This document shows positions 1 to 9,194 of a DNA stretch of 64,000 nt, piece after piece. The DNA lies in contig CAYZNW010000001.1 of assembly GCA_964480345.1 (NCBI GenBank), positions 149,359-213,358 of the forward strand, in the 5' to 3' direction. The DNA comes from an uncultured Candidatus Saccharibacteria bacterium (GTDB lineage: Bacteria > Patescibacteriota > Dojkabacteria > SC72). Under the pieces are notes generated by a model. It had not been told where the DNA came from. It saw only the letters and a list, made by a program, of their open reading frames with translations, and did no database searches. The first letter of the stretch is position 1; every line of letters begins with the position of its first letter. A program made the position numbers and the translations under genes.

Positions 1-18
1 AAATTTATTTAAATAAAC

Positions 19-2139
19 ATGTTATTTAACGAGAAAAAATATGAGTTTGAGATAGAAGGACGAAAATGTACCTTCGAAACTGGAAAGTTGGCTCTAAAAT
101 CTCAGTCCTCTATTCTTGCAAGAATGGGAGACACAGTTATTACAGTAAATGTAAACAGCAAAGAAGCAACTGGAGAAATGGACTATTTCCCACTAACAGT
201 AGAGTACATAGAGAAATTCTATGCTTCAGGTAAAATAAGTGGATCTAGATTTGTAAAAAGAGAAAGATTTCCAAGTGATGATGCAATACTAAAAGCAAGG
301 ATGATAGACCGAGCTGTTAGACCTAGATTCCCACATGACTATAAAGATGAAGTAAGTGTAATTGTTACCGTTATGTCATACGACAATGAAAACGATCCAG
401 CACTTTTAGCAATCAATGCAGTGTCTTTAGCATTAATGAACTCAAGAGCACCATTTGAAGGACCTCTCGCAGCGGTTAGAGTAGGCCTTGATAAAGATGG
501 AAACATTGTAAATGTACTTAAATCTATGGATTTGACTTCAGAAGAAGAGAAAATGAACTACGTAGTAGCTGGAGATGGAAAAACATTTACAATGATAGAT
601 GCAGGAGCATATCAAGTAGAAGAAGAAAAAATATTTGAAGGTATGGAAAAATCTCTCTCATTAATGGAAGAGTGGATAAAAGCACAAAATGAGTTCTTAA
701 AATTAGTAGAACCAAACGAGAAAACATACACTTCATACTTGCTAGATGAAGAGGTTAGTAATGCTGTTTTAGAAATTCTAGGTGAGAAGACAATTACAGA
801 AAATTTGCAAAATGGAGTAGGAGATAGAAGTGTACATGAAGCAAGTAAAAAAGAATTGTATGAAAAATTAGAAGGGAAGTATTCCAAATTAGCAATGGAT
901 GAAGCGTATGATGCATTACAAAAGAAAGCTTTACGAAAACTAATATTAGAAAAAGATGTAAGAGCAGATGGAAGAAAAGTAGATGAGATTAGAGAGATGG
1001 CAACAGAAGTAGACCTATTACCTAGAGTTCACGGTTCAGCACTATTTACAAGAGGAGTAACTCAAACATTAACAGTAACGACATTAGGAAGTTTGAAAGA
1101 TGTTAGATTAGTTGATGATATGGAAGGTGAAAGAGAGCAAAGATATATGCATTTCTACAATGATCTACCATTTGCATATGGAGATGCTGATAGAGTCAAA
1201 CTCTCTCCTAGCAGAAGAGCTATCGGTCACGGTATGTTAGCAGAGAAAGCACTTTGGCCAGTAATTCCATCAGAAGAAGAATTCCCATATACCATGCTTG
1301 TCATGAGTGAAATACAAGGAGAGAACGGATCTAGCTCCATGGCATCAGCTTGTGGATCTACAATGTCTTTAATGGCAGCAGGAGTTCCACTAAAAAATGC
1401 AGTAGCAGGAGTAGCTTGTGGTTTAATCACAGGAGAGGATGGAACATTCAAAGTCTTAACAGATATGAGAGATGTTGAAGACTTCTATGGAGATATGGAT
1501 TTCAAAATCACAGGAACAGATAAAGGTGTAACAGCTGTACAGATGGATACCAAAACAAAAGGTTTAAGTATGGAAGTAGTAAAACAAACATTCAAACAAT
1601 CCAAAGACGCTAGATTGGCAATCTTAGGAAAAATGAAAGAAGCTATCTCAGAGCCTCGAACAGAAATGTCTCAGTATGCTCCAAGAGTCATTCAGATTAA
1701 AGTTCCTACAGACAAAATAGGGGAGATAATCGGCCCAGGAGGAAAAAATATACGAGAACTTTCTGAAAGAACAGGAGCGGAGATTGAAATTGATGAAGAT
1801 GGAACAGTAAACATCTATAGCTCTTCAAAGGAATCAATAGATGAAGCTTCTAAGATTATAGGAGGATACAATTTTGTACCACAAATAGGTGAAATATATG
1901 AAGGTAAAGTTGCTTCAATTATGCCTTACGGAGGATTTGTAGATTTAGCTCCAGGTGTTGCAGGATTACTTCATGTTTCAGAAATCTCTGATGAATTTGT
2001 TAAAGATGTCAGGAAATTCATAAACGAAGGCGATATTATTAAAGTAAAGATTGTTGGAGTAGATGGTCAGGGAAAGATAAAGCTATCAATGAAAGGTTTG
2101 AAATCTAAAGAATCTGATAAAAAGAAAGAGGAAAAGTAG
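19..2139 (+). CDS. pnp: polyribonucleotide nucleotidyltransferase (PNPase)
   Basis: 706 aa; duplicated RNase PH-like core, KH motif (IGPGGKNIREL) and C-terminal S1 domain in canonical PNPase order. Confidence 0.9.
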   Translation: MLFNEKKYEFEIEGRKCTFETGKLALKSQSSILARMGDTVITVNVNSKEATGEMDYFPLTVEYIEKFYASGKISGSRFVKRERFPSDDAILKARMIDRAVRPRFPHDYKDEVSVIVTVMSYDNENDPALLAINAVSLALMNSRAPFEGPLAAVRVGLDKDGNIVNVLKSMDLTSEEEKMNYVVAGDGKTFTMIDAGAYQVEEEKIFEGMEKSLSLMEEWIKAQNEFLKLVEPNEKTYTSYLLDEEVSNAVLEILGEKTITENLQNGVGDRSVHEASKKELYEKLEGKYSKLAMDEAYDALQKKALRKLILEKDVRADGRKVDEIREMATEVDLLPRVHGSALFTRGVTQTLTVTTLGSLKDVRLVDDMEGEREQRYMHFYNDLPFAYGDADRVKLSPSRRAIGHGMLAEKALWPVIPSEEEFPYTMLVMSEIQGENGSSSMASACGSTMSLMAAGVPLKNAVAGVACGLITGEDGTFKVLTDMRDVEDFYGDMDFKITGTDKGVTAVQMDTKTKGLSMEVVKQTFKQSKDARLAILGKMKEAISEPRTEMSQYAPRVIQIKVPTDKIGEIIGPGGKNIRELSERTGAEIEIDEDGTVNIYSSSKESIDEASKIIGGYNFVPQIGEIYEGKVASIMPYGGFVDLAPGVAGLLHVSEISDEFVKDVRKFINEGDIIKVKIVGVDGQGKIKLSMKGLKSKESDKKKEEK

Positions 2140-2163
2140 CTTTTATAATCATAGTTACTAGGT

Positions 2164-2182
2164 AGGTAGAGTGTATCTACCT
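2164..2182. terminator. short hairpin (AGGTAGA-gtgta-TCTACCT) between convergent pnp and methyltransferase genes; possible bidirectional terminator
   Basis: 7-bp inverted repeat read directly in the 52-bp gap between two convergent stop codons. Confidence 0.35.
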
Positions 2183-2191
2183 GTCTACAAC

Positions 2192-3220
2192 TTACTCCTT
2201 AAATATCTTTGCAATATAGAAGCCCATCATTTTAGCATTAGGAATTATTCTAATACTATTCACCACCTCAGAGTTATATGTATGACCACTCCATTTTCTA
2301 ATTCCTGGCTTAATATATTCTCTGTATACATTAAATTTCTCATCCTTTATCAACTCAATCTTCTCGACTCTTGCATTAGGAAATAGGTTCAAAAGATGAG
2401 ATACAACTCCCTCATTCTCCTCAGGCTCCAAAGTACATGTAGAGTAAACCATACTATTACCATGCTTCAATGTCTTAAATGCCGAAACTATTAACTCCTT
2501 CTGAACAAACACACTCCTCTTAACCTTATCCATACTCCAATACCTTAAAGGCCTAGGACCATTCATATATATTAAACCCTCACCGCTACACGGAGCATCA
2601 AGAAGCACATTATCAAAATAGATAGGATACTTCTTGCCAAAATCTCTACCATCACTCAATGTCACCTTAATACTCTTGTCTCCAAACTGATTAACCACAG
2701 ATTGTAAATCATCTACCCTTTTCATATCAGAATCATTTGCTAAAATCTGAGCTTTACCATTAGTTAAATCAGCTATATGTGTACTCTTACTCCCAGGAGC
2801 AGCACACATATCCAAAATTTTTTCATTCTCCTTAGGATCTAAAATCGTAGTAGCTAATATACTTGAAAGATTTTGAATATAATATTTACCATCATTGTAC
2901 TCCTCAGTTTGCGAAACTTCCGACTTATCCTTATTCAAAACAAAAAAAGTATTCCTAGCCCAACTAACCTCTTCTAAATCAAACCCTTTTCTAGCTAATA
3001 TATCCTTTGTTTCTTTAACATCACCCTTTAATGAATTTAATCGAATAGTAGTTATCGGCCTATGAGAAAAAACATTCCTAACCTTACCCTTTGATACCAT
3101 TAAAATACTTGCCATACGAGAGAAAAAAACATCATCTTTTGTATAGTATTTCTCAGGAATATTACGATTAGTAAACTTCTCTCTTGTTTGTTTGTAATTA
3201 CTTCTTTTTCTTTTCTTCAT
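2192..3220 (-). CDS. RNA cytosine-C5 methyltransferase, NOL1/NOP2/Sun (RsmB/RsmF-like) family
   Basis: 342 aa; SAM-binding motif CAAPGSKS and catalytic DAPCSGEG motif typical of Sun-family m5C methyltransferases; no NusB-like N-domain. Confidence 0.8.
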   Translation of the reverse strand: MKKRKRSNYKQTREKFTNRNIPEKYYTKDDVFFSRMASILMVSKGKVRNVFSHRPITTIRLNSLKGDVKETKDILARKGFDLEEVSWARNTFFVLNKDKSEVSQTEEYNDGKYYIQNLSSILATTILDPKENEKILDMCAAPGSKSTHIADLTNGKAQILANDSDMKRVDDLQSVVNQFGDKSIKVTLSDGRDFGKKYPIYFDNVLLDAPCSGEGLIYMNGPRPLRYWSMDKVKRSVFVQKELIVSAFKTLKHGNSMVYSTCTLEPEENEGVVSHLLNLFPNARVEKIELIKDEKFNVYREYIKPGIRKWSGHTYNSEVVNSIRIIPNAKMMGFYIAKIFKE

Positions 3221-3957
3221 TATATATCCCCCTTAATATATTTAATTATACTTCCAATAACTAAACCAGTACTCTCTGTACGCAGTATATTTCCTTTCAA
3301 TTTAACAAAAACAAAACCTAATCTTTTAAATACATCGATATCTGAGACATCCCATCCACCTTCAGGACCAATAGCTACATATACAGGTTTAGAGAAATCT
3401 AACACATTTACTAACTCACTTAAATATTTAGAACTATCCACCTCAGTAGCTAAACAAATCTTAACAGAGTCATTCCTCATAGCCAATTTGTTCAAATCAG
3501 ATATTTTAATCGGTTTATCAATAATTGTAGGAAAAATATTCCTTGATTGTTCTGTTGCATCCTTAACCAATTTATTCCAAAATCCTACGTCCTTCTCTGC
3601 CTTCTTTACACTTTTTAACGAATACTTTGATTCAATAGGGATAATCCTCTCAATTCCTAATTCAACACTTTTTTCGATAAAGTAATTAAACTTAGTATCA
3701 TTACTTAATGATTGGATAATAGTGATATCAGGAGTATATTCCGATTCCCTCTCTCCGAGATCCTCTACAATCTGAACCTCTACAGAATTCTTAGTAATAT
3801 CTGTAACCTGGGCAAGAAATCTCTTCTCGTATGTCTCAATTATCACCACATCTTCAATATCTACCAACTTCTGAGCAATAGAATTTCTGCTATCAGAATC
3901 AGAGAGATGAGCTATATCATCTACAGATAACTTATGTTTTATAAAATATTTTTGCAT
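3220..3957 (-). CDS. rsmE: 16S rRNA (uracil1498-N3)-methyltransferase RsmE-like
   Basis: 245 aa; C-terminal IGPEGGW ... LKGNILRTESTG motifs characteristic of the RsmE family; its stop overlaps the start of the downstream methyltransferase by 1 nt. Confidence 0.7.
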   Translation of the reverse strand: MQKYFIKHKLSVDDIAHLSDSDSRNSIAQKLVDIEDVVIIETYEKRFLAQVTDITKNSVEVQIVEDLGERESEYTPDITIIQSLSNDTKFNYFIEKSVELGIERIIPIESKYSLKSVKKAEKDVGFWNKLVKDATEQSRNIFPTIIDKPIKISDLNKLAMRNDSVKICLATEVDSSKYLSELVNVLDFSKPVYVAIGPEGGWDVSDIDVFKRLGFVFVKLKGNILRTESTGLVIGSIIKYIKGDI

Positions 3958-4128
3958 ACAGTATTATACTATACATAGGTTAAAGGTAGGTGAATTCTCT
4001 TACGGTATCTATCTTACCATCCTAAATTTCATAGATATTTAAGATTCTATAAGTCCGTATCTGAGTATTTAACTCTTGATATTAATACTCTGAACTAACG
4101 CATCGTTAATAACTTCCTTCTTCTAAAT

Positions 4129-5112
4129 GTGTATAGATATTTGAAATTAGAGCATATTTCATATACATTACTAAGAATGAAATCTGCCTCAAAAGAAAGC
4201 TCAACAAACTCTAAGCTACTATGTTTTGTAATGAGTATTTGGTGCATAGCTTTGTTGCTTACCGGACTATTAATGATCTCAAAAAATAGAGAAGAGAGGG
4301 AGGTGGTACAAAAACCTAATGTCGTAGCTCTAGAAAAACCAATTGTTTCAACGATAGAACATAGTCAAGAAGTAAAAGGAGTTGAAGTGGATTCTGAGTA
4401 CAGTATTCAATTCTGCTATATGGATTTCTGTAAACAACTCGAAAGTAAGAGATTCTTAGAAATGGTTGAAAACGGAAAAATATCTTCCAATTTACTAAAT
4501 ATATGGATACATACGGACTTAGAGAAGTATTTCCTTCCACTTTATTCTAAACAAGAACTAGTGAAAAATTCGAAAGGAGAATATCTGAGTAGAGTTTCTG
4601 AATATATTCCTAATTACTCTGCTATATATGAGATGTTAAATGACAGGTATGTAGCTGGTGAATATGATATTAAAATAAATATACCATCAATAATGACAGC
4701 TTCTACAGATGGTAAATTTGCATACAAATATATAGAAGTTGATAACACTCAGCAAAAACTGTATGTATGGATAGATGGTGTAGTTATTAAAGAGATATTT
4801 CTATCTGGAGCAAGAGAGGATTCTTCTGTTAAAGGTGTTTTTAATATTGTAGATAAAGGGTTGCAACCAATAGCGCCTGGAGATAAGTATATGCCTTACT
4901 GGATGGCATTTTACTATGAGCCAAGTAAGTCTACTTGGTACGGTTTGCACGGTTTGATATGGATACCAAAATCTGATGGTAGTAGATGGATTGAGCCAGT
5001 AAGTAATATAGGTAGAAGAATTAGTGGTGGGTGTATACGAATGAAGGTGGAGGATGCAAAGTATTTGTATGGGATTTTTGAAAAAGGAGAGTATGTGTTA
5101 GTACATGATTAG
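4129..5112 (+). CDS. L,D-transpeptidase (YkuD domain) with N-terminal membrane anchor
   Basis: C-terminal HGLIWIPKSDGSRWIEPVSNIGRRISGGCIRM = His/Cys catalytic signature of YkuD L,D-transpeptidases; N-terminal TM helix; true start probably ATG near 4177 (first 16 codons begin with GTG and overlap a repeat element). Confidence 0.7.
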   Translation: MYRYLKLEHISYTLLRMKSASKESSTNSKLLCFVMSIWCIALLLTGLLMISKNREEREVVQKPNVVALEKPIVSTIEHSQEVKGVEVDSEYSIQFCYMDFCKQLESKRFLEMVENGKISSNLLNIWIHTDLEKYFLPLYSKQELVKNSKGEYLSRVSEYIPNYSAIYEMLNDRYVAGEYDIKINIPSIMTASTDGKFAYKYIEVDNTQQKLYVWIDGVVIKEIFLSGAREDSSVKGVFNIVDKGLQPIAPGDKYMPYWMAFYYEPSKSTWYGLHGLIWIPKSDGSRWIEPVSNIGRRISGGCIRMKVEDAKYLYGIFEKGEYVLVHD

Positions 5113-5121
5113 TGTATAGGT

Positions 5122-5165
5122 TTGACATTTGTCTTTCTATTTAGTTATATATATGTAGATATAAT
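5122..5165 (+). promoter_or_regulatory. candidate sigma70-like promoter for the envelope operon (TTGACA-17-TTATAT, plus a second TATAAT)
   Basis: hexamers read directly upstream of 5182; no experimental support. Confidence 0.3.
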
Positions 5166-5181
5166 TTGACTGCCATATATT

Positions 5182-8100
5182 ATGGAAAATTGGGTAGGTG
5201 GAACTGTGTATACAGAGGGTGCAGATCCCCAGATAGTGGATAGTGGCAAGTACAAGGGAGAGAAAGCTAAGAGAATACTTAAGAAGGTATTTAAGGTGTT
5301 AGGCATACTGTTAGGTATAGCTTTGGTACTGTTTTTAGCCTTTCAACTTTTCCTATCAATATTCTTTAAACCTCACGATGTTAGATTAACAAATGTAACA
5401 GATACATCCTTCACAGTATCTTGGATGACTAACTATCCAATGAGAGGAGTGGTGTATTACAAAGAGAAGGATAATATATTACCAGGTCCTTTAAGTTGGA
5501 TAGGTTCTGATAAGGCATTTGACGATAGGGATATAGCAGTGGCGGAGAAAGGTTGCGTAGATAGTTTTAATAAAAAAGCAAAGGTAAGTGAAGACTTTGT
5601 AGTAGATACTAGCAACTATAACTGTGATAGTGTTAAGGTATGGAAGTTTGGTAAGTACTTTACTCACCATGTGACTTTAAAGAATTTGGATGCAAACAAG
5701 GAGTATTACTTTAGAGTAGGAGATGGATTAATAAGTTGGAAGATGGATATGAATAAGAGTGCTACTTTCTATACCTTAGATACAGAGGTAAAAACCCCAG
5801 CTCCAATATTTGGTAAGGTAGTAAGTGATGAGGGAGATTATGTAAATGATTCCATAGTGTATATCAAGTTTGTAAATGGATATTTGAATAAGGAGTCAAT
5901 GTATTACAGTAGTGCAACATCAGATAATGGAAGTTGGTATTTAGATGGTAATAACATCCGTACGATAGAGGGCGAACCAATATTAGTAGAGGTAGGTCAG
6001 GATATGATAAAGGCTTATGCCCAGTATGAGAATTACACATTGAGTGAGGGTTATGATTGGATTTATGGAGATAGTACGGTAGCTTATCCAGACTTAGTAG
6101 TAAGTGATAAGTGGGAGAAGGATTTGAGTATGGGAAGTAGTTATATTAATGATTCTTATGCAGCTCCTAGAGTAACTACAGGTGGAGATAATGAGGAGCT
6201 TAAACCACTAAGTATTAAATCTCCTAAAGCTAATTTAGTAGAAGCTACTGTTAGAGAAATGGATGCAGTCAAACAGTATAGACAAGATTTAGAAAAGGTT
6301 GAAGTAGCTAAGAAAAATACTGAGAAAGCCAAAGCAGAGTATATGGATGCTATTGCTAATAAAACAACAACTCCTGAAATACGTGTCCCTACTAATAATG
6401 AAAACGAAGGTGACAGAGAAGAACAAGTGGGCTCTACTCCGTCTCAATCTAATTATGTAGATTGTACTACCACTAATAGAAAGGATACTGTGAAATGTCC
6501 TGATCAAGCTTTGTTTGTAAGGAAAGATATCATAGGAGCAGGTTATGCCCAAAATAACCTTGTTTTAAGGCTTAAAGATAAGAATGCTAAAAAGGATGAG
6601 AATGATGTTCCGTATGTTACTGGTCCTAATGGAGAGAAAATTACAACTGAATTAGGTATATTAGAGGCAATGGGTTATTGTAACACAGCAGTAGCATGTG
6701 CAGGCAATCTCAATCTTTTAGATTCTGTTTCTCTTGAAGCTTCTGCTTTTATAGGAGAAGGGAAATTATTTAATGAAGATGGATCTAGAAATAAGGATAT
6801 TGTTAATTATGAGATAGTGACTGAGAACTCTGGTGGTAACAATGTTACAACGATTAAGTTTTTGACTGAAAGCTCAGATAACAAAAAATGTTCTTCTGTT
6901 GGGTTTGTTTTAATTAATGGACAGTGTCGTAAAGTAACTGATAATTGGGAATATTTGGGACAGAAAGAAAACCCTCAATCTTTCACACTTACTTATACTA
7001 TGAATGATTTAGGAACACTACCTTCGTATCTTAAAGGGTATGTAACAAAAAAAGATTTAGATTCAATAAAGTGTAATGAGAAATCTGCTCTATGTACAAT
7101 TAAAATGGATTATTACCCTGTAGAAGTGGATAGCTTGTTGGAAACATTGATTAAAGGGGGGGAGGCTCATAAGGAAGTTATAAAAGATTTAATTAATCTT
7201 ATTGGAGAAATGGAGAAAGAATCTTTTAAAGATTCTTCTACTATTGTTTTAAAAAACAGTATTGGTCAACAAGTAACAATAAATAAATCTTACGATGTGG
7301 AAAAATCTTCAGGAGTTGGTCAAAATGCAAGCTTTCCTGTTAGTGATCAGTTGAAGACGTTGTTTCCTTACTTAGTAGAATTAAAGTTAGAGAATATTAC
7401 ACTAGCACAAATAGAATACTATGCTTCGCTTAGACAAGAAAATATTGATAAGGGAAAAGGTCTATTAGATGTAAAGGTTGATACTACTAGTAGTACGAAG
7501 CTAGAAGAAAAAATACCAACAGAGGAAGAAGAGTTTAATTTTGAGAAAATGAAGGAGAACCTATGCAAAGGGAGTTCAAATTGTTTGGATGTTTTTTTAG
7601 AATACAATTGTGATGAGTATACAAAAAAAGGGTCATTTACTTTAAAACAAAATATCTCTTTTGGGCTAGATAGTGAGATATCCCAAGAACCATATGAGGA
7701 TTTTATAAAATATTTAGATAGTACAATTGGGCTAGAAATGCAAGACCTTTATGATAAGTATTACGCTGCTAAAGAGGAGGGAGATGACACCGGAAGATTT
7801 ATAGGAAGAATAAGTACTGCTGATGGAGTACTTCGAACAAGATTATCTGTTTGTGCTGAAAAAAGTGGCGAAGCTTTTGGAGAATGCATGTCCCAACCTT
7901 TACTAGAAAATAAAGTTCAAGGAGTATCAGATAATATTCTAGGTGTAGAAGATCAAGCTACCGAAACAAACACTCTAGGTAGTGGTTACATCACATATCT
8001 TCCAGAATACGGCTTCTATGATATGGAAGTGAATGGTCTTACAGAAAGTGAAAAAGTAGAAGGAGGAGATAATAATCTTCGTATCTTCTATGTAGAAATG

Positions 8101-8835
8101 AATGGTACACCAGGCCTACAATTCCCAGCAGATCCAGACAATCCTAAGGTAGGGGAAGACTATGTATTAAAATCAAATGCCTTAGATATCAAATACAAAA
8201 AGAGTGCAGATGTTATGACACTCAACCTTAAACAAGGTGTAAACCTAGTCTCATTTAATTACATCCCTAAACTAGATAACGATGAATACACAAAGGCCTC
8301 AAGTCTTCTAAAATGGTTGGTAAGTAAAGGAGCCCAAGTAGAACACTTCTCCTACTTTGCAGATGGTAGATGGAAAGGTATAGGATATGTTAATGGAGAA
8401 ACCACAGGAGAAGACTTTAGTGTAACTCCAGGACGAGGATACCTAGTATACAGTACCAATACAATGGATATTAGTATCCCAGGATACAAAATAACCAGTA
8501 GTGTACCAATGAATCTCAGTGCAGGTTGGAATCTAGTAGGAGTCCATGGCTATACACAGACATATTATACCGCTCGTAGCCTTCTTGATAGTATCAACAA
8601 AATAGAAGGACTTACTGCAAATAATATCTCATGGTGGCCAACATCTAAGGGTAGATATGAAGGCTTACAATTAAGTGAAGGTAAAGAATACGGTTTTGAT
8701 TTCCCAATCAGTCCAAGTAATGGTTACTTTATTCGAATCAACGAATTCAAACCAAAAGACAGCAATTGTGGCTCATTACTTTGGCATGAAGGAGGCACCC
8801 ATAACGGTGCATGTGGAAATAGCAAGAGTATGTAA
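5182..8835 (+). CDS. large membrane-anchored surface protein with N-terminal FN3/purple-acid-phosphatase-N-type domain; function unknown
   Basis: 1217 aa; cytoplasmic N-tail, one TM helix, then VRLTNVTDTSFTVSWMT...HHVTLKNLDANKEYYFRVGDG (PAP-N/FN3-like pattern), coiled-coil segment, Cys-containing C-terminus. Confidence 0.8.
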   Translation: MENWVGGTVYTEGADPQIVDSGKYKGEKAKRILKKVFKVLGILLGIALVLFLAFQLFLSIFFKPHDVRLTNVTDTSFTVSWMTNYPMRGVVYYKEKDNILPGPLSWIGSDKAFDDRDIAVAEKGCVDSFNKKAKVSEDFVVDTSNYNCDSVKVWKFGKYFTHHVTLKNLDANKEYYFRVGDGLISWKMDMNKSATFYTLDTEVKTPAPIFGKVVSDEGDYVNDSIVYIKFVNGYLNKESMYYSSATSDNGSWYLDGNNIRTIEGEPILVEVGQDMIKAYAQYENYTLSEGYDWIYGDSTVAYPDLVVSDKWEKDLSMGSSYINDSYAAPRVTTGGDNEELKPLSIKSPKANLVEATVREMDAVKQYRQDLEKVEVAKKNTEKAKAEYMDAIANKTTTPEIRVPTNNENEGDREEQVGSTPSQSNYVDCTTTNRKDTVKCPDQALFVRKDIIGAGYAQNNLVLRLKDKNAKKDENDVPYVTGPNGEKITTELGILEAMGYCNTAVACAGNLNLLDSVSLEASAFIGEGKLFNEDGSRNKDIVNYEIVTENSGGNNVTTIKFLTESSDNKKCSSVGFVLINGQCRKVTDNWEYLGQKENPQSFTLTYTMNDLGTLPSYLKGYVTKKDLDSIKCNEKSALCTIKMDYYPVEVDSLLETLIKGGEAHKEVIKDLINLIGEMEKESFKDSSTIVLKNSIGQQVTINKSYDVEKSSGVGQNASFPVSDQLKTLFPYLVELKLENITLAQIEYYASLRQENIDKGKGLLDVKVDTTSSTKLEEKIPTEEEEFNFEKMKENLCKGSSNCLDVFLEYNCDEYTKKGSFTLKQNISFGLDSEISQEPYEDFIKYLDSTIGLEMQDLYDKYYAAKEEGDDTGRFIGRISTADGVLRTRLSVCAEKSGEAFGECMSQPLLENKVQGVSDNILGVEDQATETNTLGSGYITYLPEYGFYDMEVNGLTESEKVEGGDNNLRIFYVEMNGTPGLQFPADPDNPKVGEDYVLKSNALDIKYKKSADVMTLNLKQGVNLVSFNYIPKLDNDEYTKASSLLKWLVSKGAQVEHFSYFADGRWKGIGYVNGETTGEDFSVTPGRGYLVYSTNTMDISIPGYKITSSVPMNLSAGWNLVGVHGYTQTYYTARSLLDSINKIEGLTANNISWWPTSKGRYEGLQLSEGKEYGFDFPISPSNGYFIRINEFKPKDSNCGSLLWHEGGTHNGACGNSKSM

Positions 8836-8856
8836 ATAATTTGTAAAACGAAAAAA

Positions 8857-9144
8857 ATGGAAACAATACCACCAGTATTCTGGATGATAGTCATAGCAAT
8901 ACTAACTGTAATGATATGCCTAGTCCTGTATTACCTAGCAATGCTACTAAAAGAAAGCAGAGATACTGTAGCTAAAACAGAACCAATAATTAAAGATCTA
9001 CAAACATCTGTATCATCTGTGACAGACACCTTAAATGAAGTAAACAACCTAGTAGTCAAACCAGTCAGAGGAATAGAAGCAGCCATATCCGTAGTAAATG
9101 GAATAATTACAGGAATAAAAGGTGACACAGAAGAAAAAAAATAA
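8857..9144 (+). CDS. small membrane protein, DUF948-like (N-terminal TM helix plus coiled coil)
   Basis: 95 aa; single N-terminal TM helix followed by helical segment resembling the DUF948 family. Confidence 0.5.
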   Translation: METIPPVFWMIVIAILTVMICLVLYYLAMLLKESRDTVAKTEPIIKDLQTSVSSVTDTLNEVNNLVVKPVRGIEAAISVVNGIITGIKGDTEEKK

Positions 9145-9194
9145 GAGTAGAACAATATTGTCACAAACTCCATTAAAAGGTATCATATTTCATA

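Noticed and set aside
2171-2386. 71-aa plus-strand ORF
   Set aside because: Overlaps the 3' end of the Sun-family methyltransferase gene on the opposite strand; begins inside the pnp terminator hairpin.
3188-3685. 165-aa plus-strand ORF
   Set aside because: Antisense to the well-supported rsmE-like gene; no homology.
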